Assembly: GCA_963707915.1 (NCBI GenBank)
Contig: OY970178.1
Location: 1,952,001 to 2,016,000 of the forward strand
Source: Candidatus Eiseniibacteriota bacterium
GTDB lineage: Bacteria > Eisenbacteria > RBG-16-71-46
Length of the DNA stretch: 64,000 bases
Reading direction: 5' to 3'
Each line of letters starts with the position of its first letter. The first letter of the stretch is position 1. Made by a program: the position numbers and the translations under genes. This document shows positions 1-8,306 of this stretch, in pieces. Under the pieces are notes generated by a model that made no database searches, was not told the DNA's origin, and saw nothing but the letters and a program-made list of their open reading frames with translations.

Positions 1-1459
1 GCCCGGGCTCCAGGCGGTACGCCGCCTCGAGATGGGCGACGGCCGGGGCGACTTCGCCCGCCTCGAGAAGCGCGTTGCCCATGCCCTGCTCGGCGACCGC
101 GTTGTCGCGCGTGACGGCGAGCGCGTGGCCGAACACCGTGCGCGAGTCCCTCCACACCGTCACCTGCCGGGCGGTGGCACGGGACAGCCCCGCCAGCGCG
201 ATCACGGCGAGGGCCGCGGCCGCGAACCGGACACGCCGCGAGCGGGAGGCGAGGTCGCCGGCGAGCCAGACCAGCGCCATCGCCAGGCCGATGCCGGGAA
301 GGTAGGTGTAACGGTCGGCGTACGCCTGCTCGCCGACCTGGATCACCCCCGCCACCGGCGCCAGCATCCCGACGAACCACAGCCAGCCGACCAGGAGATA
401 CGGCCGGCGCCGCGCCTGCCGGAACGCCAGGACGGTCACGGCCGCGAACGCGGCGGCGGCGAGCGCGGCCGAGGCGACGGGGAGGCCGCGATCGTAGGGG
501 TAGAGCACCGCGAGGCCGGACGGCCAGAAGGTCTTCGCCACGTAGCGCCAGTACGAGAGCAGCGCGTTGGCGACGCGGAACCCCGGGCTGAGGACGTGGG
601 GCGAGACGTTCGCCCAGGTCACGTGCTGCACGAGGATCGTCACCACGGAGGCGGCGGCGGCCAGCAGGAACAGGGGCCACTTCTCCGCGACGAGCCGGCC
701 GAGCGGCCGCCCCGGCGCGCGCACCGGGGCGCGGGCGCCCGGCAGCCGCTGCATTCCCGCCAGCCGCCCGAGCGGCCAGACGTCGAGCAGCACGAGGACG
801 AACGGCAGCGTGACGAGCATCGGCTTGGCCATCAGCCCCAGGGCCAGACACAGGCCCACGAGCGCGTAGCGCCCACCGCCGGGTCGCTCGGCCCAGCGCA
901 CGTAGGTCCACAGCGCGAGGATGAAGAAGAGTCCGCTGAGCACGTCCTTGCGCTCCGCGACCCAGGCCACCGACTCGACCCGCAGCGGATGGAGCGCGAA
1001 CAGCGCGGCGACCAGCACGCTCCGCCACCAGGCACCGGTGAGCCGGTGGAGCACCAGCGCCACCAGCACGGCGTTCAGGGTGTGGAACGCGAGGCTCATC
1101 GCGTGGTGCGCGGCCGGCTGGATACCGAACAGGCTGACGTCGAGCATGTGGGAGACCGACGTGAGCGGGTGCCAGTTCGCGCCCTGCGGAGCGTGCAGGA
1201 ACCAGCGGAGCCCCTCGAGGGTCAGGCCGGCCGTGACGTGCGGGTTCCCGATGACGTACTCGGGATCGTCGAGCAGGACCCAGCCGTTGCGCAGCACCCC
1301 GGCGAAGGCCGCCACCGTGGCGGCGGCCAGCAGCGCGAGCGTCAGCCAGCGGCCGGGGCCCAGGCGCTCGTCCCGGGCCGGGCGGCGCGCCCTGCGGGGA
1401 TCAGCGGGGGCGTCGCCGGAGGGCGCCCGGGGATGGCGGCGATGGCCTCTCGCAGTCAT
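1..1459 (-). CDS. TMTC-like GT-C membrane glycosyltransferase / TPR protein (runs off window start)
   Basis: Manual translation from ATG 1459: ...GWVLLDDPEYVIGNPHV...NWHPLTSVSHMLD...LFALHPLRVESVAWVAERKDVLS..., typical of bacterial TMTC-like proteins. Missing from the ORF track because no stop lies in the window. Confidence 0.8.
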   Translation of the reverse strand, partial: MTARGHRRHPRAPSGDAPADPRRARRPARDERLGPGRWLTLALLAAATVAAFAGVLRNGWVLLDDPEYVIGNPHVTAGLTLEGLRWFLHAPQGANWHPLTSVSHMLDVSLFGIQPAAHHAMSLAFHTLNAVLVALVLHRLTGAWWRSVLVAALFALHPLRVESVAWVAERKDVLSGLFFILALWTYVRWAERPGGGRYALVGLCLALGLMAKPMLVTLPFVLVLLDVWPLGRLAGMQRLPGARAPVRAPGRPLGRLVAEKWPLFLLAAAASVVTILVQHVTWANVSPHVLSPGFRVANALLSYWRYVAKTFWPSGLAVLYPYDRGLPVASAALAAAAFAAVTVLAFRQARRRPYLLVGWLWFVGMLAPVAGVIQVGEQAYADRYTYLPGIGLAMALVWLAGDLASRSRRVRFAAAALAVIALAGLSRATARQVTVWRDSRTVFGHALAVTRDNAVAEQGMGNALLEAGEVAPAVAHLEAAYRLEPG

Positions 1460-1700
1460 GACGGAACCGTACCACACGGCGCAGCGGAACCGGGCGTTCG
1501 CGGAAGCCTTTGGGCCAAGCTGCACAGGAAGAACCGAAGGGCAGTCCGACGCCGCCCCCGGGCGCCGGATGCCGGGACCATGCCCATTTTCGCCGCGCAT
1601 CGAGCGGCCTTCGATGGTATCCTCTTCGCTTGGCGGGATTCCCCCAGCGCCGCGCATCGAGCCGATCCCGCCCGGCCGGTGATAGCCGCCGGAGGCTGTC

Positions 1701-2684
1701 GTGAAGAAGCGCCCGTTGCTCATCCTTGGATCCTGCATCCTCTTCTTCACCGCCCCCCTGCTCCCCGCGCCGGCCGGCGCGCAGACCCCCGCCTACGTCA
1801 CGCAGTGGGGCGCCTACGGCAGCGGGCCGGGACAGTTCACCATCCCCTACGGCATCGCGGTGGGCACCCATACCGTCTACGTCACCGACTACATGGACCA
1901 GCGCGTCCAGCGCTTCTCGGTCGACGGCGCCTTCCTGGGCGAATGGGGCAGCTACGGCAACGGCGACGGGCAGTTCTTCAACCCCGCCGGCGTGGCGACC
2001 GACGCAGCCGGCGACGTCTACGTCGTCGACCAGGCCAACTGCCGGATCCAGAAGTTCACGGCGGCGGGGAGCTTCCTGGCGCAGTGGGGGTCCTCCGGCA
2101 GCGAAGCGGGACAGTTCAGCATCCCCACCGGCGTGGCGACCGACGGTTTCGGCAACGTCTACGTCGCCGATGGCGGCGCGAACCAGCGGGTCCAGAAGTT
2201 CACCGGCGCGGGCACGTTCCTGACCCAGTGGGGGTTCCCCGGCAGCGGCGACGGCGAGTTCAGCGAGCCCACCGGGGTGGCGACGGACGCGGCCGGCAAC
2301 GTCTACGTCACCGACCAGAACCACCGCGTCCAGAAGTTCTCGGGCGCGGGGTCCTACCTCGCCCAGTGGGGCTCACTCGGCAGCGGCGACGGGCAGTTCT
2401 TCAACCCCGCCGGGGTGGCGACGGACGCGAACGGCAACGTCTACGTCGTGGACCTGGGCAACTCCCGCGTCCAGATGTTCAGCGGCGCCGGCGCCTACCT
2501 GGGCCAGTGGGGCACGGCGGGGAGCGGCGTCGGGGAGTTCTTCGAGCCGTTCTTCCTCGCGGTCGACGGGAGCGGCAGCATCTACGTCGTGGACCGGGGG
2601 AACAACCGCGTGCAGAAGTTCGGCCTGGGCCCGGTCAACGCCCGATCCACGAGCTGGGGTCGGCTCAAGGCGCTCTACCGGTAG
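1701..2684 (+). CDS. Secreted NHL-repeat six-bladed beta-propeller protein
   Basis: Signal peptide; six ~47-aa repeats (GQFxxPxGVATD..GNVYVxD..NxRVQKF); C-terminal STSWGRLKALYR; GGAGG upstream of GTG. Confidence 0.9.
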   Translation: MKKRPLLILGSCILFFTAPLLPAPAGAQTPAYVTQWGAYGSGPGQFTIPYGIAVGTHTVYVTDYMDQRVQRFSVDGAFLGEWGSYGNGDGQFFNPAGVATDAAGDVYVVDQANCRIQKFTAAGSFLAQWGSSGSEAGQFSIPTGVATDGFGNVYVADGGANQRVQKFTGAGTFLTQWGFPGSGDGEFSEPTGVATDAAGNVYVTDQNHRVQKFSGAGSYLAQWGSLGSGDGQFFNPAGVATDANGNVYVVDLGNSRVQMFSGAGAYLGQWGTAGSGVGEFFEPFFLAVDGSGSIYVVDRGNNRVQKFGLGPVNARSTSWGRLKALYR

Positions 2685-2706
2685 TCCGCGGCCGGCGCGC
2701 GGTCGC

Positions 2707-3579
2707 TCAACGGGCGCCTGCCGCGCGCGCCAGCAGGTAGCGGGGCCGGCGCGCCAGGTCCTCGCGGATCTCGACGGCCTGCCAGCCGGGATCGTTCCGC
2801 AGCCAGCCCGCCGCCTGGTGCGCGCGCGCCTCGGCCAGCTCGAGCGCCAGCACTCCCCCCGGTACGAGATGACGCGGCGAGCCCTCCACGATCTCGCGCA
2901 CGTCGTCCAGCCCGCTCGCCCCGGAGAAGAGCGCCTGCGGCGGCTCGAACGACCGCACGTCCTCGGGCAGGGCGTCCCGCTCGCCGGTCGCGATGTAGGG
3001 CGGGTTCGAGACCACGACTTCGAAGCGCTCCCGTGCATCGACGGCCTCGAGCCAGTGGCCGGCGACGAAGCGGACGCGGGCGTCGAGCCCGAGCGCCGCC
3101 GCGTTGGCGCGCGCCACCTCCAGCGCACCGGCGCTCGCGTCGGTCGCCGTGATGGCGGCGGCCGGCCACTCCGCCGCCAGCGCGAGCGCGACGGCGCCGG
3201 AGCCGGTGCCCAGGTCGAGCACCCGCGGCGCGGCCCAGCGCGCGGTTTCGGCGCGCAGGACCTCGAGCACGGCCTCGACCAGGCCTTCGGTCTCGGGACG
3301 CGGGACGAGCACGCGGGGGTCCACGGCGAGGTCGAGGTCCCGGAACGCGGCGCGCCCGGTGATGTACTGCACGGGCTCGTGCACCGCGCGGCGGGCGAGC
3401 CACGACTCGAGCCGACCGGCCTCGGCGGGCGTGAGGACGCGCCCGCCCTGCAGGTGGAGCTGCGGGCGGGCGACGGCGAGCAGGCGGCTCACCAGCTCCT
3501 CGGCATCGCTGCGGGGCGTGGGGAAGGACGCGAGCGCGGCGAGCGCGGAACGGAGCGCGGAGGCGACGGTGGGCTGCAC
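2707..3579 (-). CDS. prmC: Release factor glutamine N5-methyltransferase
   Basis: EPVQYITG, VLVPRPETE, LDLGTGSG and SNPPY motifs; near prfA. Start is GTG 3579 or ATG 3591. Confidence 0.95.
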   Translation of the reverse strand: MQPTVASALRSALAALASFPTPRSDAEELVSRLLAVARPQLHLQGGRVLTPAEAGRLESWLARRAVHEPVQYITGRAAFRDLDLAVDPRVLVPRPETEGLVEAVLEVLRAETARWAAPRVLDLGTGSGAVALALAAEWPAAAITATDASAGALEVARANAAALGLDARVRFVAGHWLEAVDARERFEVVVSNPPYIATGERDALPEDVRSFEPPQALFSGASGLDDVREIVEGSPRHLVPGGVLALELAEARAHQAAGWLRNDPGWQAVEIREDLARRPRYLLARAAGAR

Positions 3580-3609
3580 GCGGGGCAGCATAGCGGGCCG
3601 GGGCGGGCG

Positions 3610-3845
3610 CTCCAACGGGGGCGGCGGAGCGGGGACCGGGCGCGGGGGCTCCGAGACGGGGCCGGCGGAGCGGGCACCGGGCGCGGGGGCTCCAACGGGG
3701 GCGGCGGAGCGGGCACCGGGCGCGGAGGACGGCTAAGTACACACACGCTCGCCCTCCGCGCCCGGTGCCCGCCCCGCCGGCTCGCCCTGCGCGCCGGCTC
3801 GCCCTGCGCGCCGGGTGCCCGCCCCGCCGGCTCGCCACGCCCGCG
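3610..3845. repeat. GC-rich ~40-bp tandem repeats (3 copies) plus inverted copies; 20-bp perfect inverted repeat 3709-3728/3753-3772
   Basis: Units start at 3610, 3649 and 3690 (ctccaacgggggcggcggagcgggcaccgggcgcgggg). gcgggcaccgggcgcggagg pairs with cctccgcgcccggtgcccgc around a 24-nt loop. Confidence 0.8.
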
Positions 3846-4142
3846 CTAGTGCGGATCCAGCACGAACGCGTCGAACAGCATGAAGCCGCAGCAGGCGACG
3901 GCACCGACGATCGTGCCGACCTGGGTGCCCGCGGTGACCAGCGTGGCGCGCACGAAGATCCCGCATCCGACCGCGGCCAGGCCGCCGGCCACGCTGTCGA
4001 GTTGCACGTCGGGCCGGTCGATCTGGGCCGCCTGCCCGCTGGGTCCGGGCACGGGGGCGCCGTCCTGCGCGAGGGCGGCGGGCGGCAGCAGCGCGAGGGC
4101 GGCGATCAGCGCGCACATCGGGAGCGAACGCTTCCGGTTCAT
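3846..4142 (-). CDS. Small secreted hydrophobic Cys-containing peptide B (98 aa)
   Basis: MNRKRSLPMCALIAALALLPPAALA|QDG...GCGIFV...AVACCGFMLFDAFVLDPH; purine-rich RBS (AGAGGGGG) upstream. Confidence 0.75.
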   Translation of the reverse strand: MNRKRSLPMCALIAALALLPPAALAQDGAPVPGPSGQAAQIDRPDVQLDSVAGGLAAVGCGIFVRATLVTAGTQVGTIVGAVACCGFMLFDAFVLDPH

Positions 4143-4156
4143 GACCTGGTCCCCCT

Positions 4157-4381
4157 CTAGTCGTCGCTGGTGACGATCGCGTGGATGCAGACGAGCGCCG
4201 TGTAGAAGACGCTCGCCGGTACGGCGACCATGAAGACGATGGAGCCGGCGCAGGCCACGTACCTCAGCGCCGTGCCGGCCCCGTTCGGCGTCGCGGTCCC
4301 GGCCTCGGCCCGCGGCGTCACCGGTGCGAGCGCGAGCAGGACGGCCAGCGCCAGCACCACGATCCGGTTCTTCCGCCACAT
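4157..4381 (-). CDS. Small secreted hydrophobic Cys-containing peptide A (74 aa)
   Basis: MWRKNRIVVLALAVLLALAPVTPRAEA|GTAT...VACAGSIVFMVAVPASVFYTALVCIHAIVTSDD; strong GGAGGAGGAG RBS. Confidence 0.8.
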   Translation of the reverse strand: MWRKNRIVVLALAVLLALAPVTPRAEAGTATPNGAGTALRYVACAGSIVFMVAVPASVFYTALVCIHAIVTSDD

Positions 4382-4494
4382 CCCTTCTCCTCCTCCGGGG
4401 GCGGGGGGCGTTCGGACGATCCCGCGGGGGCAAGGCCTCCTCCAGCCGTCGCGACGCGGCCCCGCGCCGGCGGCGGGCGCGTCGCGCGGCCGGC

Positions 4495-4956
4495 TCAATC
4501 GGCGAGTCGCGTGCGCACGTAGCGGCCGGCCGCGTCGAAGCACAGCACTTCCCCGTAGACGCGGTGGCCCCACCGCCGGCGCCATTCGCCGCGCGCGTCC
4601 CACCACAGCGGTGCCGCCCCGAGCGCCGCGAGCGTGGCAGCGGCGGGCCGGCGCGGCGTGTCCACGACCAGCGCGCCCACGCGCAGGCCGCGGGGCGGGC
4701 GCGCGGTCAGCCGCGCGAGCGTTCGCCGACAGCCCGCGCAATCGGGATTGACCGCGACCAGCCAGGTGCCGGCGCTCGAGTCGGCGGTGGACGCGCTCAC
4801 CAGCACGAGCGGCGCCCCGAGGCCGGGCGTCTGCCAGACGCGCGTGCGGTCCTGGTGCCACAGCCAGCCCAGCGCGGCCAGCGCCGTCGCGGCCAGGCCC
4901 CATCCCGCCCACCGGGCGAGACGCCGGAGCGGCGGGGCGCCGGTGGCGGGCCTCAT
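4495..4956 (-). CDS. Membrane-anchored thioredoxin-like CXXC protein
   Basis: N-terminal TM segment; WLVAVNPDCAGC; C-terminal VLCFDAAGR; ATGA overlap with the upstream gene. Confidence 0.65.
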   Translation of the reverse strand: MRPATGAPPLRRLARWAGWGLAATALAALGWLWHQDRTRVWQTPGLGAPLVLVSASTADSSAGTWLVAVNPDCAGCRRTLARLTARPPRGLRVGALVVDTPRRPAAATLAALGAAPLWWDARGEWRRRWGHRVYGEVLCFDAAGRYVRTRLAD

Positions 4957-5570
4957 CGCAACGGGCTCATGCCGCGGAACAGGTCCATCGCCCACCACAG
5001 CGCGACCCGCGTGGCGAGCCACGCCACGGCGGTGACGAGCAGCGTCTCGCGCAGGCGGCGTCCGGCGCCGGTCGCCTGCAGCCAGGCCGTGATCGCGAGG
5101 CGGGTGAGCGTCAGCAGCCCGAGCCCGCCGAACGCCACCCACAGGGCGGGCTCCAGCCCGGGCAGGCGCTCCCGGACGAGCTGGAGCCCCGCCACCGGGG
5201 CGAGCCAGGGCGCGAGCCCCGGCGAGCGCCCCGCCAGCGCGACCAGGCTCTGCGCGAAGCGGTCCACCAGCGAGAGCGCGACGAGGGCGACGAAGAAGCG
5301 CACGTACGGCAGGCGCGCACCGCGCGTGCGCCACCACAGGGTGTAGGCGAGCGCCTCGACCGCGCTCGCGGCCAGGCGCGCCAGCACCATGATGCCGGCG
5401 GCGACGGCGAGGTTCAGGTGCTGCCCGGCGCCGAGCTCGCGCCCCTGGCGCAGCCCCAGCTCCCACCACGAGGCGAGCGCGACGACGAAGAGGAAGACGT
5501 TCATCCGGTGCATGCGGCGGGGGTCGGGTGCGGTTCGCGCGGCCAGCGCCGCGACCGACGGGTCCATCAT
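4953..5570 (-). CDS. Multi-pass membrane protein, Yip1-like
   Basis: About five hydrophobic segments; GGAGG-N2-ATG at 5570. Family assignment tentative. Confidence 0.6.
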   Translation of the reverse strand: MMDPSVAALAARTAPDPRRMHRMNVFLFVVALASWWELGLRQGRELGAGQHLNLAVAAGIMVLARLAASAVEALAYTLWWRTRGARLPYVRFFVALVALSLVDRFAQSLVALAGRSPGLAPWLAPVAGLQLVRERLPGLEPALWVAFGGLGLLTLTRLAITAWLQATGAGRRLRETLLVTAVAWLATRVALWWAMDLFRGMSPLR

Positions 5571-5637
5571 GACCTCCAGGCCGGGGGCGCCCGCGGTGGC
5601 GGGCGGGGTGCAGTCCCGGGAGCGGTGACGCCCCATC

Positions 5638-5652
5638 GCAAGGCGTGTGCCG
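5638..5652 (-). promoter_or_regulatory. Sigma54 -24/-12 promoter of the peptide cassette
   Basis: Minus strand CGGCAC-ACGCC-TTGC, about 70 nt upstream of ATG 5570. Confidence 0.6.
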
Positions 5653-5748
5653 CGCGAGGAAGGGTGGCGCGGGCGTCACCCGCTCACCCCGGAGGTCCCG
5701 GTCCCGTCCACGAGCAGGCCCGGGCGTCCACGTCGTGGACGGCGCCGC

Positions 5749-6828
5749 CTAGCCGTTCGCGGCGGAGCCCAGGGCCTCGAGGCGCTCGGCCATGTCGGCG
5801 GACAGCAGCGCCTCGGAGAGGTCGTCGAGCTGGCCTTCGAGGATCTCCGGCAGGTTGTGCACGGAGAAGTTGATGCGGTGGTCCGTGACCCGGCTCTGCG
5901 GGAAGTTGTAGGTCCGGATCTTCGCGCTGCGGTCGCCGGTCGAGACCTGCGACTTGCGCTGCGCGGCGTACTTGGCCTGCTGGGCCTGGAGCTTCGCGTC
6001 GTAGAGCCGCGCGCGCAGGACCTTCATGGCCTTCGCGCGGTTCTTGATCTGCGAGCGCTCGTCCTGGCAGGTGACGACCAGGTTGGTCGGCAGGTGGGTG
6101 ATGCGCACGGCGGAGTCGGTGGTGTTGACGCCCTGCCCGCCGGGGCCCCCCGAGCGGTAGACGTCCACGCGGATGTCCTTCTCCTGAATCTCCACGTCCA
6201 CGTCCTCGACCTCGGGCAGCACCGCCACCGTCGCGGCCGAGGTGTGGATGCGACCCGAGGCCTCGGTGTCGGGCACGCGCTGCACGCGGTGCACGCCGCT
6301 CTCGTACTTCATGCGCCGGTACACGGACTCGCCCGAGAGCGAGAAGATGATCTCCTTGAAGCCGCCCACCCCCGAGGGGCTCGAGGACATGATCTCCTGC
6401 TTCCAGCCCAGGCGCTCGGCGTACTTCGTGTACATGCGGGTCAGGTCGCCGGCGAAGAGCGAGGCCTCGTCGCCTCCGGTCCCGGCGCGGATCTCGACGA
6501 TGACGTTCTTGTCGTCGTCGGGGTCGCGGGGCAGCAGCAGGCGCTGCAGCGTGCCCTCGAGCTGCTCGCGGCGCGCCCGCAGCTCGGGCATCTCGGCGCG
6601 CGCCAGCTCGGCCAGCTCCTCGTCGCCCGAGGCGACCGCGCGCTCGTCGTCGGCCAGGGTGCGCTCGACGCTCCGGTGCTCCTCCAGCGCGCGGACGGTC
6701 TCCTCGAGCCGGGAGCGCTCGCGCGACAGGTCGCGCAGCTTCTTCGGGTCGCTGACGATCTCGCTCCGCCCGAGCAGGCCGGTCAACTCGGCGAACCGCT
6801 CCTCCACCTTGCGGAGCGCCTCCCACAT
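5749..6828 (-). CDS. prfA: Peptide chain release factor 1
   Basis: GGQ motif ([15 protein letters not shown]), PxT (RVPDTE), EIRAGTGG. Confidence 0.98.
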   Translation of the reverse strand: MWEALRKVEERFAELTGLLGRSEIVSDPKKLRDLSRERSRLEETVRALEEHRSVERTLADDERAVASGDEELAELARAEMPELRARREQLEGTLQRLLLPRDPDDDKNVIVEIRAGTGGDEASLFAGDLTRMYTKYAERLGWKQEIMSSSPSGVGGFKEIIFSLSGESVYRRMKYESGVHRVQRVPDTEASGRIHTSAATVAVLPEVEDVDVEIQEKDIRVDVYRSGGPGGQGVNTTDSAVRITHLPTNLVVTCQDERSQIKNRAKAMKVLRARLYDAKLQAQQAKYAAQRKSQVSTGDRSAKIRTYNFPQSRVTDHRINFSVHNLPEILEGQLDDLSEALLSADMAERLEALGSAANG

Positions 6829-6842
6829 GCCGGTCGAGCCGC

Positions 6843-7781
6843 TCACTGGATGAACGCCATCTCGCCCTGGGCGGGGGCGCCGGCGCGCTCGAGGGCGACC
6901 ACCGCCTCGTCGCCGCGCACGCGCTCCAGCGCGGCGATGGCCACGGCGCACATCCCGAGGTCGGGCTCGCGCGTGGTGAGCCGCTGGAACTGCATCCCGG
7001 GCCAGACCAGCCAGCGCACCACCGGCCGGGTCGCGTGCCGGCCCGAGAGCCGCACGAACTCGAAGGCGATGCCGGCGATGAGCGGCATGCAGGCGATGCG
7101 CAGCAGGTGGTCGCCCACGCCGCGCGGCTTGCCGATGAAGCTGAAGACCACGACGCTCACCACCACCACCAGGAACAGGAACGAGGTGCCGCAGCGCGGG
7201 TGCAGGCGCGGGAACGTCATCACGCTCTCGGGCGTCAGCGGCGCGCCGTTCTCGATCGCGTGGATCGACTTGTGCTCGGCGCCGTGATAGCAGAGCACCC
7301 GGCGCATCTCCTTCCACTGGCTGATGAGCAGCAGGTAGAGCACGAACGCCAGCAGCCGGAACACGCCGTCCACCAGGCCGAAGCCCAGCCGGTCGTGGAA
7401 GCCCAGCGCGCCGGTCACGCGCGCGGGCACGATGACGAAGAGGAACATGCCGAGCGCCAGCGAGAGCACCAGGGTCGCCCCCTGGAGCAGCTGCTGGCCG
7501 GGCGAGGGCTTCGCCCCGGGCGTCACGCCCTCGTCGCGGCTGGCCTCGTCGGCGCTGAAGTTGAGCGCCGTCATGCCCAGCCCGAGGGTCTCGAAGAGCG
7601 AGACGGCCCCGCGCACGACCGGCCAGCCCAGCGGCTTGATGCGCCGCGTGACCGAGGAGAAGGGGCGCTCGAGGAAGGCGAGCGTGCCGTCCGGGCGGCG
7701 CACGGCCACCGCCATGCGCGAGGGCGAGCGCATCATGACGCCTTCGATGACCGCCTGTCCGCCGACCGGCAGGAACGGCAT
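6843..7781 (-). CDS. DUF1385 membrane protein
   Basis: [27 protein letters not shown]; usual rpmE-prfA context. Confidence 0.93.
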   Translation of the reverse strand: MPFLPVGGQAVIEGVMMRSPSRMAVAVRRPDGTLAFLERPFSSVTRRIKPLGWPVVRGAVSLFETLGLGMTALNFSADEASRDEGVTPGAKPSPGQQLLQGATLVLSLALGMFLFVIVPARVTGALGFHDRLGFGLVDGVFRLLAFVLYLLLISQWKEMRRVLCYHGAEHKSIHAIENGAPLTPESVMTFPRLHPRCGTSFLFLVVVVSVVVFSFIGKPRGVGDHLLRIACMPLIAGIAFEFVRLSGRHATRPVVRWLVWPGMQFQRLTTREPDLGMCAVAIAALERVRGDEAVVALERAGAPAQGEMAFIQ

Positions 7782-7848
7782 GGATCCTCCAGATGCGCGA
7801 ACGGCCCCCGGCCGGCGGCTGCACCGGACGGGAGCCGATCGTGGGACG

Positions 7849-8115
7849 CTACTTCCCGGCGGTCTCGGGAGTCTCGGGTGCCTGGGTCGTCGCGCCGGGC
7901 TGGTTGTAGCGCCGGCGGAAGCGCTCGATGCGGCCGGCCTTGTCCATGATCTTCTGCTTGCCGGTGAAGAAGGGATGGCAGTTCGAGCAGATCTCGAGGT
8001 GGACCTTGCCGTCCTTGGGATTGGGCTCCTGGGTGGTGCGGGTCTGCCACTGGTTGCCGCAGCTCGCGCAGTACAGCGTCTGCAGGTTGTAGATCGGGTG
8101 GATGCCGGCTCTCAT
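7849..8115 (-). CDS. rpmE: 50S ribosomal protein L31 (Zn-binding type)
   Basis: MRAGIHPIY...CASC...[20 protein letters not shown]. Confidence 0.97.
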   Translation of the reverse strand: MRAGIHPIYNLQTLYCASCGNQWQTRTTQEPNPKDGKVHLEICSNCHPFFTGKQKIMDKAGRIERFRRRYNQPGATTQAPETPETAGK

Positions 8116-8306
8116 CGATTCCTCCAGGTGGGTCCCTGCCAGGGCCAGCCGGTCCCGTGGTACCGGTCTCGTCCGCGCTGAATCCCCAGCATGACGGCGG
8201 CCGCGGATTATGCCCGAAGCGGGCGCGGAAGCCAAACCGCCCCGCGGGCGCGCCGGGCGCGCCCGGAACCCGGCTGGGCCCGGTGCCGCCCGGCGCTCCG
8301 CCCCGC

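Noticed and set aside
3610..3845. Possible CRISPR array
   Set aside because: Contiguous degenerate units without unique spacers; no cas genes.
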